Shown piece after piece: positions 10,501 through 23,290 of a stretch of DNA of 64,000 bases. The stretch comes from Camelus ferus (Eukaryota): the NCBI RefSeq assembly GCF_009834535.1, contig NC_045697.1, forward strand, positions 83,082,001 to 83,146,000. Direction: 5' to 3'. Made by a program: the position numbers and the translations under genes. The notes under the pieces were generated by a model. It made no database searches and was not told the DNA's origin. It saw nothing but the letters and a program-made list of their open reading frames with translations. Position 1 is the first letter of the stretch, and each line of letters opens with the position of its first letter.

Positions 10501-13500
10501 ATATACAGACTGTAAGTGAAGAAACAGAGAAAGATTTTCATGCAAAAGGAAATGACAAGAAATAGATGAAGAAACCAGGGGTAGCAATACTACATCAGAA
10601 AAAAACAGACTTTAATACAAAGTCCATATCAAAAGACAAAGGGATGATATGATGATAAAGGGATCAACATAAGAAGAGGATATCATACTCGTTAATATAT
10701 ATGTACCCAATACAGAAGCACCTAAATATATAAAGCAAATATTAACAGACATTAGGGAGAAATTAACAATAATACAATAATAGTAGGGGACTTTAACACT
10801 CCACTTACATTAATGAACAGATCATCCAGACAGAAAATCAATAATGCAACATTGGTCTTAAATAAACAATAGAAGAATTAGATTTGATAGATGTTTATAG
10901 ACTTGACAGATATCTTGGATTCTATCCAAAAACAACAGAATACACATTCTTTTTAAATGCACATGGAAGGTCCTCCAGGATCTATCATGTGCCAGACTAC
11001 AAAACAAGTCTCTACAAATTTAAGAGGATAGAAATTATATCAAGCATTTTTTCCAACCACAACAGTATGAAACTAGAAATCAATTACAGAAAGAAAAATA
11101 GGAAAAGCACAAAGGAAACTAAATAACATAGCATGTGGAGACTAAAACAACATAGTAAAATCAAATCAATGGGTCAGTGAAGAAATGAAAGAAGAAATCA
11201 GAAAATACTTAAGACAAAAAAAAAAAAAAAGAAAGTAAACACAACTCTTCAAAAATCTATGGCCTAAGCAAAACCAGTTATAAGAAGGAAGATTAAAGTC
11301 ATTCAGGCCTACCTCAAGGAACAAGAAAGTCTCAAATAAACAACCTAACCTACCATTTAAAGGAATTAGAAAAGGAAGAACAAGCAAAACTCAAAGTCAG
11401 CAGAAGGAAGGAAATAATAAAAATCAAGGAGGAAATAGAGACCTAATAAAGAAAAAGAAAATAGAAAAGATCAATAAAACCAAGAGCTGGTTCTTTGAAA
11501 AGATTTTTTTTTAATGATAATCCTTTAGCCAGGCTCATCAAGAAGAAAGAGAGAGGACCAAAATAAAAAAATGAGAAATGAAAGAGTAGAAATAAAAACT
11601 GATACCACAGATACGCAAAAAATTATAAGAGAATACTACAGTTTTATGCCAACAAGTTGGATAACCTAGAAGAAATGGGAAGACTTCTAGAAACATACAA
11701 CCCGCCAAGACTGAAACAGAAATAAACAGACAACCTGAACAAGCAATCACTAGTAGTGAAATTGAATTTTTAATTAAAAAAAAAAATTCCCAGCAAACAA
11801 AAGTCCAGGACTGGACAGCTTCACAGGGGAATTCTATGAAACATATAAAGAGGAGATGATACCTATCTTTCTCAAAGTATTCCAAAAAGTTGAACAGGAG
11901 GGAACACTCCCAAATTAATTATATGGGGCTATCATTACCTTAATACCAAAATCAGACAATAACACTAACAGAAAGAAAATTATAGGTCAATATCTCTAGT
12001 GAACATAGATGCAAACATCTTCAACAAAATATGAGCAACCTGAATCCAGTAATAGATGAAAAGGATCATATGCCATGATCAAGTGGGATTTATTCAAGGG
12101 ACATAAGGTGGATACTATATCCACAAACCATGTGATTCACCACATTAACAAATTGAAAAATAAAAATTATATGATCATTTCAATATATGCAGAAAAAGCT
12201 TTTTACAAAATTCAACACTCATCTATGATAAACTTTCCAGAAAGTGAGCATAGAGGAAACATACTTCCACATAATAAAGGCCATATATAATAAGCCCACA
12301 GATAACATTATACTCAATGGTGAAAATCTGAAAGCACTTCCTCCAAAATCAGGAACATGACAAGGATGTCCACCTTCACCACTTTTATTCAACATAGTAT
12401 TTAGAAGTCCTAGCAATAAGACAATAAAAAGAAATAAAAGAAACCCAAATTTAAAAAGAAGACAAAACTATCATTGTTTGCAGATGACATAGTATACACT
12501 GAAAATCCTAAAAACACAACCAAAAAACTACTAGAGCTCATCAATGAATTAAGTTGCAGGATACAAAATTAATATACAGAAATCTGTTGCACTTTTATAC
12601 ACATAATGAACTATCAGAAAGAGAAATTAAGAAAACAATTCTAATTACAATCTCATCAAAAAGAGTAAAATACTTAGGAAATAATTTTAAGTATAGAGGA
12701 AAAAGATTTGTACTCAGAAAACTATTGAAACTGATGAAAGAAATTGAAGACAACACAAACAGATGGAAAGATATTCTGTGCTAATGAAATGGAAGAATTA
12801 ATGTTAAAATGACCACACCATCCAAGGCAATCTACAGATTCAATGCAATCCCTATCAAAATACCAGTCAGTTTTCGCAGAACTAAAACAAATAATTTAAA
12901 AGTTTGTATGGAAACACAAAAGACCCAAAATAAGCAAAACAATCTTGAGGATAGCTGGAGGAATCATGCTCCCTGACTTCAGACTACACTACAAAGCTAC
13001 GGTAGTCAAAATCGTAGTACTGGCACAAAAACAGACACATAGATCAAAGGAACAGAATAGAGAGCCCAAAATAAACCCACACGCTTATGGTCAACTAATC
13101 TAGTAAAAAAAAAAAAAGAGGCAAGAATATACAATGGGGAAAAGACAGTTTCTTCAGTAAGCGGTGCTGGGAAAGCTGGAGAGCTGTACGTGAAAGAATG
13201 AAATTAGGACACTGCCTCACACCATATACAAAAACTAAAAACAAATTAAAGACCTAAACGTAAGACCTGAAAGCATAAAACTCCTAGAAGAGAACATAGA
13301 CAGAAATCTCTGACATAAATTGTAGCAATTTTTTTGGATCTGTCTCCTAAGGCAAAGAGATAAAAGCAAAATAAGCACATGGAATCTAATTCAACTTAAA
13401 AGTTTTTGTACACCAAAGGAAACCACCAACAAAACCAAAAGGCAACCCATGGAATGGTAGAAACTATTTGCAAATTATATGGCTGATAAGGAGTTAATAT

Positions 13501-13706
13501 TCACAATAAATAAACAGTTCATACAACTCAATATCAAAAAAACAAACAACCCATTTAAAGAATGGTCAGAAGACCTTAACAGACATTTTTCCATAGAATA
13601 CATACAGATGGCTAACAGGCACATGAAAAGATGCTCAACATCACTAATCATTAGAGAAATGCAAATCAGAACCGTATAAAATCCTGCCTCACAGCTGTCA
13701 AAATGG

Positions 13707-13708
<2 letters not shown>
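7528..13708 (+). mobile_element. Near-full-length decayed L1 (5'UTR, ORF1, ORF2), lacking its 3' end
   Basis: GC-richer 5'UTR 7528-8787. ORF1 remnant from ATG 8788. ORF2 remnant from ATG 10351 (YLSMITLKVSRLNASIKRHRVAD, endonuclease start) with LFADD near 12474 and [20 protein letters not shown] near 13610. Many stops and frameshifts. Ends at a (CA)n tract. Confidence 0.95.
9891..10025 (+). mobile_element. tRNA-Ala-derived SINE (camelid vic-1 type)
   Basis: tatagctcaagtggtagagc (A box), ttagcat anticodon-loop relic, gggttcaatcccc (B box), then an A-rich tail with cctaattacc. Inserted into the L1 inter-ORF region. Confidence 0.85.

Positions 13709-13741
<33 letters not shown>
13708..13741. repeat. 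(CA)n microsatellite
   Basis: Perfect CA run directly visible. Confidence 0.95.
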
Positions 13742-13743
<2 letters not shown>

Positions 13744-13807
13744 GAACTACTTCTACCAAATGCGCAAGTGAAATGATGCTTGTTTTACTATTCACAAGCA
13801 GAGTGCC

Positions 13808-14072
13808 AAATAAGTTCATTTGTGTCCCTTTCTTAGATTCCACCTAAGTGATATTATATGGTATTTTTCTTTCTCTTTCTGGCTTACCTCACTTAGTATG
13901 ACAATCCCCAGGTCCAACCATGTTGCTGCAAATGTCATTTTATTCTTTCTTATGGCTGAGTTGTATTCTATTGTGTGTGTGTGTGTATGTATGTGTGTGT
14001 GTGTATACACACCACATCTTTTTCCAATCATCTGTCAGTAGACATTTAGGTTGCTTCCATGTTTTGGCTATT
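13808..14072 (-). mobile_element. L1 3' UTR fragment
   Basis: aaataagttcatttgtgtc...agattccac...catgttgctgcaaatg...gacatttaggttgcttccatgttttggctatt is antisense L1 3' UTR. Confidence 0.9.
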
Positions 14073-14649
14073 TAGGTAAATAATTACTGGCAAAAACATG
14101 AGAACATGAACACACTTCCATGTGGACTTGAATCTCAAGTCCAGCAAGTAGGAGTCCCATGACTCCAGGGAGAATAAGATTCTTCACAAGAACTGTCTGC
14201 AGATCTAATTAAGTTGTCAGGTAAGTCACTGCAGAGACTTTAACATCAAAGTCAGAAACCCTGAGAGAAATGGAGTGGAAGATAAGGTGAGTAGAAGAGC
14301 TCGGGGCCCTAACTAAGAGATTTCAGTTGCAAGTGCTGTACTTGTTACTTGATGCGTGAAACAGAGGAAATTACACAAGGAAACTCCTGCCCAATGCTAA
14401 AATTTACAAAGTTTTGCTCATGTCACTAAAACATCAGATAAAACAGCCCCCAGAATGTTGCTATATGCAATTAACTGATTGAATTTGAGAGCAGAGCTTG
14501 GGATATTTTTGTTTGAAATGCCAAGGTAGGCATGTTCTTTTAAAGACATAGGACATTGAAGGACAGGACTGAGATTAAGAAGGTACCAATAGTTACATAT
14601 GAAGAGGTAAATGGCCAGATTTGTACTTAAGGGAAGTTAATTCTAGCAA

Positions 14650-15163
14650 TGTAGTTCCAGACAGGGTGGCATAGTGGGTGTCTGGATAATGCTGAATATT
14701 AAACTCTTATTAAAACATATAATCCTGCATGAGGCCATGGCAATCAGGAGAAACCACTTTACAGATCTCCAAACAAGGGAAAAGTAAGTGACTTAGGCCA
14801 CCATTGCTGCATTTATGCCAGCCCAGGGTTCTCAGGGGCTGAGCTCTGCAGTACCGCAGTGCTTGGCTGAACACTAAGGCACATTCATTACTAGGGGACA
14901 GGAAGATCCTCTGAGGGCTGGCTTGGCCTTGAGAATTTCCCATTGTCTGCTCAACTTTTTTTTCAGATCACACAATATTCTTGGATGCTCTCACCCAACC
15001 TTCATTCTTTCTCTCAAGAGCAATCTTGCTTCATGGACTATTGGCTCTTTTAGCCTTTCCAGAGTTCACCTCACTTTTTCTCACATGGATATTTCCCCTA
15101 ATAATATTCTAATATGTTTATTCTCATCTTAGCATCTGTTTCTCAAAGGGCCAATACTAACAC
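14650..15163 (+). mobile_element. ERVL-class solo LTR (MER54/MER74-like)
   Basis: tgtagttccag start and ...tttcccctaataa...tcttagcatctgtttctcaaagggccaatactaacaca end, typical of this group. Confidence 0.6.
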
Positions 15164-15199
15164 AAGTGCAGAGACAAGACAGGAGTATATGCAAGCAAT

Positions 15200-15490
15200 T
15201 TTCGAAGTAAAATTAACATAAAATATCACCTGATTTGGTAAAGCAGAAGGAAGAATCAAGTACTACTTAAGTGTGAAATAGTGCTCACATTAACTGAGGT
15301 TTCATAAAAGGAGGAAAGAGTAATTGAAGGAAAAATTATGAGTTCAGTTTTGGAACATGTCCAGCAAGAGATATGATGGGTCCTCTGGGGACTGAAGCCC
15401 AGTAGACAGTTAGAAGTGTTAGTTACCAACTTAAAACATAGACAAAGGCCAGAGCTATATATTTGATGGCCATACAAATTAAGAAGACTA
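15200..15490 (-). mobile_element. L2 fragment
   Basis: attatgagttcagttttggaacatgt...cagtagacagttag matches antisense L2. Confidence 0.6.
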
Positions 15491-15569
15491 CTGAAAAATA
15501 GAATAAATTGTCATAATTTTAATATACTATTTGCAAGCTAACAAGTTATCCTGCCACAGTTTTTTGAAT

Positions 15570-15935
15570 AGTGGTGGAAGATATGAGACTCCCAGATCAG
15601 AGACAGTTTATTACTCATGTCAAACACAGTAGCCAGTGTATCAAGATTGCACCGATGCCACAGCCCCAGTAATCACAAGGCCACATAAAAAGGGCCCCTG
15701 CACACTTAGAGGGCCACATTATAGAAAGTGACCCTGAGCTTAGGAAAGCCAATCTTTGATATGGAGAATAAACATGTTTGTTTTTTTCCTAGAGGGGAAG
15801 TACTATCTCTGTTCTCCAAGGCTGTTTTCAATTCAAACATCTTTGAAAAGATAGCCTGGAGATAAGAAAATTCTAAGGCTTGTTCACTGCATGTACAGAA
15901 AAACAAAGAAACCCAAAGAAAATTGTCTCCCAATA
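15570..15935 (-). mobile_element. LTR40-like ERVL solo LTR
   Basis: ggaagtactatctctgttctccaaggctgtt...aaacatctttgaaaagatag...aaaattgtctcccaa is the reverse complement of the LTR40 start. Confidence 0.65.
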
Positions 15936-16149
15936 CAAATCACTAGCAAACATATGCTAAAGCCATCAAAATATCTTGAAAAACTGGAATACTAGTTTAA
16001 AAAAATAAGGTGCCATTTTCCACCTCAGATTAGAAAAAGTGGTTGTGTGTGTGTTTATGCGTGTGTGCATGTTTGCATGTTTGTGTCTGTGTGTATGCCT
16101 TTGTATATGCTTGGTTTTGTTTGCTAAGTCCATTCAGGTCTAAGGAGGG

Positions 16150-16976
16150 GTTTTAGTTTCCTATGGTTGCTATAACAAATGACTATAAATTGAGTGGCTT
16201 AAAAACAACAGGAATTAAGAATCCAAGAATATGCAATGGGGAAAGGTCAGTATCTTCAATAAATGGCGCTGAAAAAAACTGGACAGCCACATGCAAAAGA
16301 GTGAAACTTGACCACTGTCTCACATCATACATAAAAATTAACTCAAAATGGATTAAAGACTTGAATTTAAGACCTGAAACCATAAAACTCCTTGAAGAAA
16401 ATGTAGGTGGGTAAGATCCTTGACATTTGTCTTGGCAATGATTTTTTGGACCTGATGCCAAAAGCAAAAGCAAAAAGTAAAAATAAACAGGTGGGATGAC
16501 ATCAAACACAGGAAAGGAAATCATCCATAAAATGAACAGGCAAGTCACTGAATGAGATAAAATTTTTACAAACCATGTATCTGTTAAGGGATTAATATCT
16601 AAAAAATATAAAGAATTCATACAACTCTAGGAAAAAACAATCTAAGTGAAAAATTGGCAGAGAATCTGAATAGACATTTCTTAAAGAAGACACACAAATG
16701 GCTAACAGGTATATGAAAAGATGCTCAGCATCACTAATCATCAGGGTACTACAAATCAAAATCAGAACAGATGTAACCTCACTGATTGACCATTTATCAA
16801 AAAGAAAAGAAATAACAAGTATTGGTAAAGATGTGGACAAAAGAGAACCCTCGTGCACTATTGGTGGGAATGTAGATTGGTGCAACTACAATGGAAAAGA
16901 GTATGGAGTAATCTCAAAAAATTAAAAATAGAACTAGCATACAACCCAGCAATTCCATTCCTGGATATTTATCCTA

Positions 16977-17022
<46 letters not shown>

Positions 17023-17917
17023 CATACTATTCAGCCATTAAAAAAAAAAAGAATGAAATCTTGCCATTTTCAACATGGATGGAACTTGAGGGCATTATAC
17101 AAAGTGAAATAAGTCAGAGAAAACAAACACCGTGTGATCTCACTTGTATATGGAATCTAAAAAACAAAACAAACAAAAAACAAGCTTATAGATACAGAGA
17201 ACAGAATGTTGGCTGCCAGATCCAGGGGTTGGAGAGTAAGCAAAATGAGAAAAAGGGGTCAAAAGGTAAAAATTTCTAGTTATAAATAAATAAGTCATGA
17301 GAGTATAATGTACAGCATGGTGGTTATATTTAATACTGTATCACATCTTTGAAACTTGCTAAGAGAGTGAATCTTAAAATTCTCCTCACATAAAAAAACA
17401 CTTTATGTATGGTAACTGATGTTGACCATTCTTCCTACGGTGATCATTTCACAACATTTACAAAGATGGAATCATTATGTTGTACACCTGAAACTAGCAT
17501 GTTGTTATATATCAATTATTCCTAAAAAGAAAAAAAAAAGCTGTTTTCTTTTAGTTCTGGAGGCCAGAAGCAAAATCAAGGTGTCAGCAGGGCTACACTC
17601 CCTCTGAAGACTCTGGGGGATGATCCTTCCTCGCCTCTCCCTGCATCTGGCGGCTCCAGGCTTTCCTAGGCCTGCTGGCTTACAAAATATTAACCTCTAC
17701 TTCCAACTTCATTTTGCTTTCTCCTCTGTGTGTCCTTTTCCCTTCTCTTCTCTTTATACTTGTCATTACACGCAGAGCCCACTCTAATCCCAGCTGATTT
17801 CATCTCAAGAACCTTAGTATATTAGGAAAGACAGTTTTCCAAAAAAGACCACATTCAGAGGTTCTAGGTGGACCTACTGTTGCATGGGACGAGAGGGTAT
17901 GTTCAACCCATCCCAGA
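16150..17917 (-). mobile_element. MLT1C-like MaLR LTR split by an L1 insertion
   Basis: ttagtttcctatggttgctataacaaatgactataaattgagtggcttaaaaacaacag (16153-16215) resumes at ~17541 with tagttctggaggccagaag...aatcaaggtgtcagcagggc...ttcaacccatc. Confidence 0.8.
16217..17540 (+). mobile_element. 5'-truncated L1 (L1MA9-like; end of ORF2 plus 3' UTR and A tail)
   Basis: ORF-track peptides [42 protein letters not shown] and MANRYMKRCSASLII are the L1 ORF2 C-terminus. The 3' UTR and A tail end at ~17540. Confidence 0.93.
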
Positions 17918-18509
17918 AGGGTACGGTGAAACAGGGCTCTCAACGATACAGCCAGTTTGTTTTCTAAGAACCATGTCAAAGGTTAACACTCAGCCTATAT
18001 CCTCCTTCTAGTGGTTATAAATATCTTTTTCAGAATTTTCTACTCATCTCCTATATTCATTTATCTGCTGGGTTTTTAGTATCTTCCTTTAGATTATTAA
18101 AATTCTGTCTCTCATTTGTTTTAAACTTTCAGTTTAAAATTTAGTTCCATTCTTCATGGATATATAGAAGTAATTACATCTCTCAATACTTTCCTGTATT
18201 GTAGTTTTCATTGCTTTAAAATATTTTTAAAATATTTTAAAATTTAAGATGTCTTTATCTGATTCGTATAGATCCTCCACCAGAGAGATGAGATGGGCAT
18301 TATCTTTTCAATTTCCTCTAGCTTTTAACTTTTTTCTAATTCATGAGAAGCACTTTAGTCCACCTGGAAGTAAATTCGGTATCTAGAATGCAGTAAGGAT
18401 CTAGTGTTATATTTTCCATCTAAGTCTCTTAAAACTTTGGTTTCTATCTATTAAATTAGGCTGTTAAACTTCCCTCAAGATGCCAAGAGTCATTTTAAGA
18501 TTCACTTAA

Positions 18510-19490
18510 TTTTTATTCACACATTCATTTAAAAACTACTGAGTTTTTTCAATATTTTCCAGGCAAAATTCTAAATGCTGTGGAAACTGCAAAAAAAAAA
18601 AAAAGGAAACAGACAAAATTTTCTACCTGCGTGGAATTTACCTGAGAATGAGTGGAGATGGAAAATTTTTAAAATAATAACAGCAACAATTTGAATATAT
18701 ATAGCTTGTTACATGGTGATAAGTTTGTTACGTTGGGAAAACAAACTGGGAATGGGGAAAAGAAAAGTTGAAGGGTGAAATTTTAAATAGAATCATCAGA
18801 AAAGGTGATATTTGAACAAAAAAGGTGGTAGAGGCAAGGAAATGAGTATTTAAAAGAAGAACTTTTCGGGCAAAGAAAACAGCAAGTGCCAAGGCCTGGA
18901 TGTGGAGGGGCATCTGATACATGGGAAGGAAGAGGCCAGAGGGGCAGAAATAGAGTCAGAGAGACAGCCGGACACTATCAGAAGATTGATTATTTTTTTT
19001 CCCCCAAAAGAAGAGCCAGAGAAAAGTAATTTGTCTGTCTCACTCTGTAGCCAGTGCAGTCCAAATAGGAATGTCAACTATTTCAAGTTGTGACTCTTCT
19101 TGCTCTTGTTGACTATGTCACTCTTATAATAAATGAAGTTCAGATTGGGTTCAAATTGTCCAGTATCCACCAGATCACTGTTTTGAGCTTTAGTTTTTTT
19201 CTCTTAGGAAAACATGAGGACAGAGGAGGGATTTTAAGCAGAGGAGTGGCATGATCTGATTTGCATTCTAAATGAATTAAATAAAATAAAACTGAAGCCA
19301 GAGAAAGATGGCAAGCAGGTGAGGGTATTAATTCAGGAGAGAGAGATGGTAAAAACAGGGATTGAGCCACGTGGGAGCGCACAGAACTGGGTTCACCAGG
19401 ACTGCGGCTTGGCCAAGTGAATATTATGAAGCAAGAGAAGAGAAAGCGGGTGATTATAAGGCAGTGATTCCAATAATTGGTCATGGGTTG
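18510..19490 (-). mobile_element. L2 fragments
   Basis: ttcacacattcattt...gccaaggcctggatgtggagggg...gaggccaga, then ggattttaagcagaggagtggcatgatctgatttgcatt: antisense L2. Confidence 0.75.
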
Positions 19491-19524
19491 TAGGCTGGGT
19501 ATAGAAGACCCTAAGTGAGGTGAA

Positions 19525-20540
19525 TGTAATTTGAAGCTAATAAACCTTGAACTTCAGAGCTCCTCACTTGTTCTGCCTTCTTCCAAGGCCCTGGTGGGGC
19601 TATAGCCATGTGTTAATACTTGTGATTCTAATTTTAAAAATCATTAAGATATTTTAACCACAGTCACTTAAGTTCTCCCTTTCTAAAATGTTTTATGTTA
19701 CTCCTTCCAACACTTTGTGTTACTGCCCTTGGCGCCAGGTGGCGTTGAAGTCAACATAAAGTGAAAGTGAACTGGGGAGGCATCATTTATATCAGGATTA
19801 CTGCGAGGCAGGTATGTGGTTTGCAGCCACATTTATATTTGGTACCTGTTAGCTGTCCCCGTATAAAAATGTTTCCCAGGAATCTTCCTGTCACACACCA
19901 TGAGCTGTACACAAAGGCACTGGGCCAGCGGCCATACTGAGACACTGAAGTAGCCTACAGTGTCTGCAAGTGGACGGGACACGTGGATGGGGAGCGGACA
20001 GGTACACACGGTGCCACTTAAACCTTTCGGCTTACGTAGAAAAGAAGTTTGATACAGGTTTCTCCACATTTGACAATTTAAAAAAAATCACTTGGTATTA
20101 CTAGCTACAATTTGGGAAGCTGATATTTATTTTTTACAAGCTATTAATACTAAAAACAAAATTTTTGACCATTTCATACTGGAAAAAAAATCTCTCTGTT
20201 CTCGCTATAGAAAATTACATTACAGAATCATGATCATAAAAAGAAATAATTATGACTAAAAGTATTAATTAAAAAAAAACCTTTAAAGGGTGAGTCAGTT
20301 AATAGCATATATACTATTTTTCTAAATTTTTTGCTGTTTGTGGTATTTTCTCAACTCTTTAAAATCTGCAATTTATTGAGATTTTTGCCATGTTTACTTC
20401 ATTATTTAGCTCTATTTAGACTATTTATCCAATATTCATTTTCACCCCTAATTTTGTATTTGAATTCTTTATTCTTTATCCTAAGAAATGTCTCTCCAGT
20501 TGTCTGCAGCTCAGGCCCTGTGAAGTCTCAATAGGCTGTA
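19525..20540 (+). mobile_element. hAT-Tip100 DNA transposon fossil (Zaphod/MER115-like)
   Basis: gaagctaataaaccttgaacttcagagctcctcacttg...ttccaaggccctgg start and gctcaggccc end. At ~20189-20250 the + strand reads NLSVLAIENYITES*S*KEII, like the hAT C-terminal dimerisation motif (LSILSIE.DI). Confidence 0.7.
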
Positions 20541-21561
20541 GGAATGACTTTATGGGAAGAGCACAGGACAGCGAAGTTGGTAGGGTTCAGAGGTGCACTC
20601 TGTGTGGGAGAAGCACTGCCGGAGCTGAGACCCTAGGGAGCAGGTAATCATCAATCAAATTAATATCCTCGCTAATAATTTTAGTCACTTATTTTCATGC
20701 CAAGAAGAACCAAAATACACTTTTGCCTTTCACATTAATGAGCAGATCCTTTTCAGCATTTAAATGTTAGTCTAATTACTTTAAACAACTTTTACATTTG
20801 TTAGCAGCAAAGTGAAGCAGGAAGGGACATCATCATGAAATGATCACTCTTCTAACTCCACATGAACACAAATAGAAATCAACATTACTTCTCTACAGGA
20901 ACATGTCCAGACATCTTTTTGTGTGTAGCATCTTTTTTACCAGTTAAGACAACACACTTCAGAATAAAGGCACAAAGAACTCTCTTGAGGAAATTAATTT
21001 TTTTGCAGGAAGATAAAAGGAAGAAAGAGTGGAAAAGAAAAATCTAGTTCCTGTTTGTTTTCCCCAAGTGTAATGAAGGCAGTCAGTGGTCTGAACTATT
21101 TCATGCAGAGATGAGCTTCTACGGTGTTTGATTGCCTAAAGGATAAAATGATAAAGATCTACTAGGAACACAGCAAGGTTCCTAATTTTCAACAGGAGCC
21201 CCAAAGCTGGGAGAATTTTTTTTCCCCCCTTGAAGGGCTCTTAATGAAGTCTTCATATGGGAGAGGTATAAAATACATAAAGAAACTGAAGTGAGTTTAA
21301 CAGCAGCACAGAAAAGTTGTTCAAAGAAATAAAGCACTAATTATCCTCAAGCACATTTACATTATATTCTAGCCTTAAAATTGATATAATGTTTCTTATG
21401 TGCTTTTTATAAGGTTGTGTTTAATATTTACTGATATTTTTCTGAGTGTTATGTTTTTTTTGTACACTAATAAGGCTAATCACTAGGGGAGAATTTCCTC
21501 TAAGAAAAATGAAGATTTGACACAGTTTTTAAAGGAAGGAATTGGTGGGCTTATATTAAAG

Positions 21562-21580
21562 TTTGCCATCTAGTGACAAA
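21562..21580 (-). promoter_or_regulatory. Candidate CTCF site
   Basis: tttGCCATCTAGTGAca matches the reverse CTCF core GCCMYCTRGTGG at 11 of 12 positions, in non-repeat DNA. Confidence 0.45.
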
Positions 21581-21849
21581 AATCTCAAATTGCATTTAGA
21601 TCCTCCAAGGAAAATCCAGCCCTTGGAGGGTAAGCCATTTTACAGCAATTATGCCTTTAAGTAACATGATTTTTTTTAAATCCCAATATTTATACCTTTG
21701 GATAAGTGGCTTTCTTTACAAACTGGTCACATTCAGAGGCTTAATACTTAATCCAGTAATGTGTCCCATTATTAAAACATTTTTTTTCTGGAATTTCTCT
21801 TAAAAATTGCCCTCAGGGCTTCGGTCACCATAATAGCTGTTAATAACAC

Positions 21850-22085
21850 TAACCATCATTTATGAAAGTCTATATTAAGCACACTACTTAGTTTGTTTCA
21901 TTTAAATTCACCATCTGATCGTATCTTCACAAAAACCAAATATGTATTCTTGTCTTTTTCATAAATGAGGAAAGGTGGACCTAGAGAGACTGAATAAATT
22001 GCTCAAGATCACACCTACCATATAAGCAGCAAAGTAAGACTTTTAAACCAAAGTCATCAGACTCAAAAATCTCTACATGGTGCCA
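21850..22085 (-). mobile_element. MIR
   Basis: atgaggaaaggtggacctagagagactgaataaattgctcaagatcacac is an antisense MIR core. Confidence 0.7.
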
Positions 22086-22864
22086 CCTCCCATGTAACAG
22101 GGATGACATTCAAGTTCACATGCTACAGTACATTCAATTTAAAAACCACAACAAGAAAAGTGTTTAACCTAAGCCTGATGAAAATAGGTGTCAGTAAGAT
22201 GGGACAGTTTACTTTATGCCCCCAGTTAAGTCTTATCAAATATTAATCTTGAGTTTTCAAGATCTTTAGTATTTATGTCTAGGAAACTGGCCATATGGAA
22301 AATTCCAAAAGAGAAACTGAAATATGTATAATGCCTCTCAAATTGACTCCATTGATAACAAGCAACCCACTGAGTAATTAGTTCTAGTGTTTATTTAAAT
22401 AACAAAAAGTTACTATTGTAATACAGACCCACCTTTATGGAGTGACTATACCTCAACATAATAAATTGCTGTCGATATAGGAGCAACATCCTTGATACTC
22501 TGTCCTGACTCTTTAAAGAATTGTCAGAATTTGAAAATCTCTGCAATAATTTCAGTCAGAAGATGTGTAACTCCTGCAGAGTATACAGAAGAAATTTTCA
22601 AGTCTACCATGAAAGCCAAAATGGTATTCTCAAAGAAAATTTCTTAGAACGAAAAGTTTGTATTAAAATTTCTAGTAAATCAACACTATATGTTGCAGAC
22701 ATAATCTTCACTTTAACCTAAATAAATAAGGTAGAATGGAAAATTATTGATTCTTATAAGCTAACATTTTTAGTACATTTACTATGTATGCACTAAGGAC
22801 TTGCACTGCTGATTTCTTTTAAACCTTAAAACAACACATATATATATAGGTAGTAATACCTTTT

Positions 22865-23290
22865 TGCTGTGGATGCTGAGTTAAGTTGCCCAGATAGAGC
22901 CACCTCCAGCCCCCTTTTAGGGCCAAGCTGCTGGAAGTATTGGCTGATAAAGACTTATACTTGATTCTTTCTCCAAGACCCCTCTGTAGCCAAAGAGATT
23001 GCCTCACTCAAGTTTATGCCCCTTCTGGGGAATAGCCCACATTTATTGAGTGACTGATGCCCTGATACAACAGTCCAACCTTCCTGCATTAATCTGGGAG
23101 ACTTTAGAAGAACTGCCTGAGCTCCATACCTACCAAGGATTAGCTAAAGATTCTTTTCACTTCAACTTCCTTCCAGCCCTGCTTCCCTCATTTCCTTAGA
23201 GGTGCTGTCCCTGTGAGCAATCCTCAGAAAATCTCCTACAGGCAAATCTTCACAACAGATCCTCATTATACGGAGCCAGACTTAAGACAC
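22865..23290 (+). mobile_element. LTR16-like ERVL solo LTR inserted in a MIR (22750-23420)
   Basis: tgtggatgctg...gagattgcctcactcaagtttatgccccttctggggaatagcccacat...ccctgcttccctca...gacttaagaca. The MIR core resumes at 23305 (aatgaagaaactgaagcctagaga). Confidence 0.7.
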
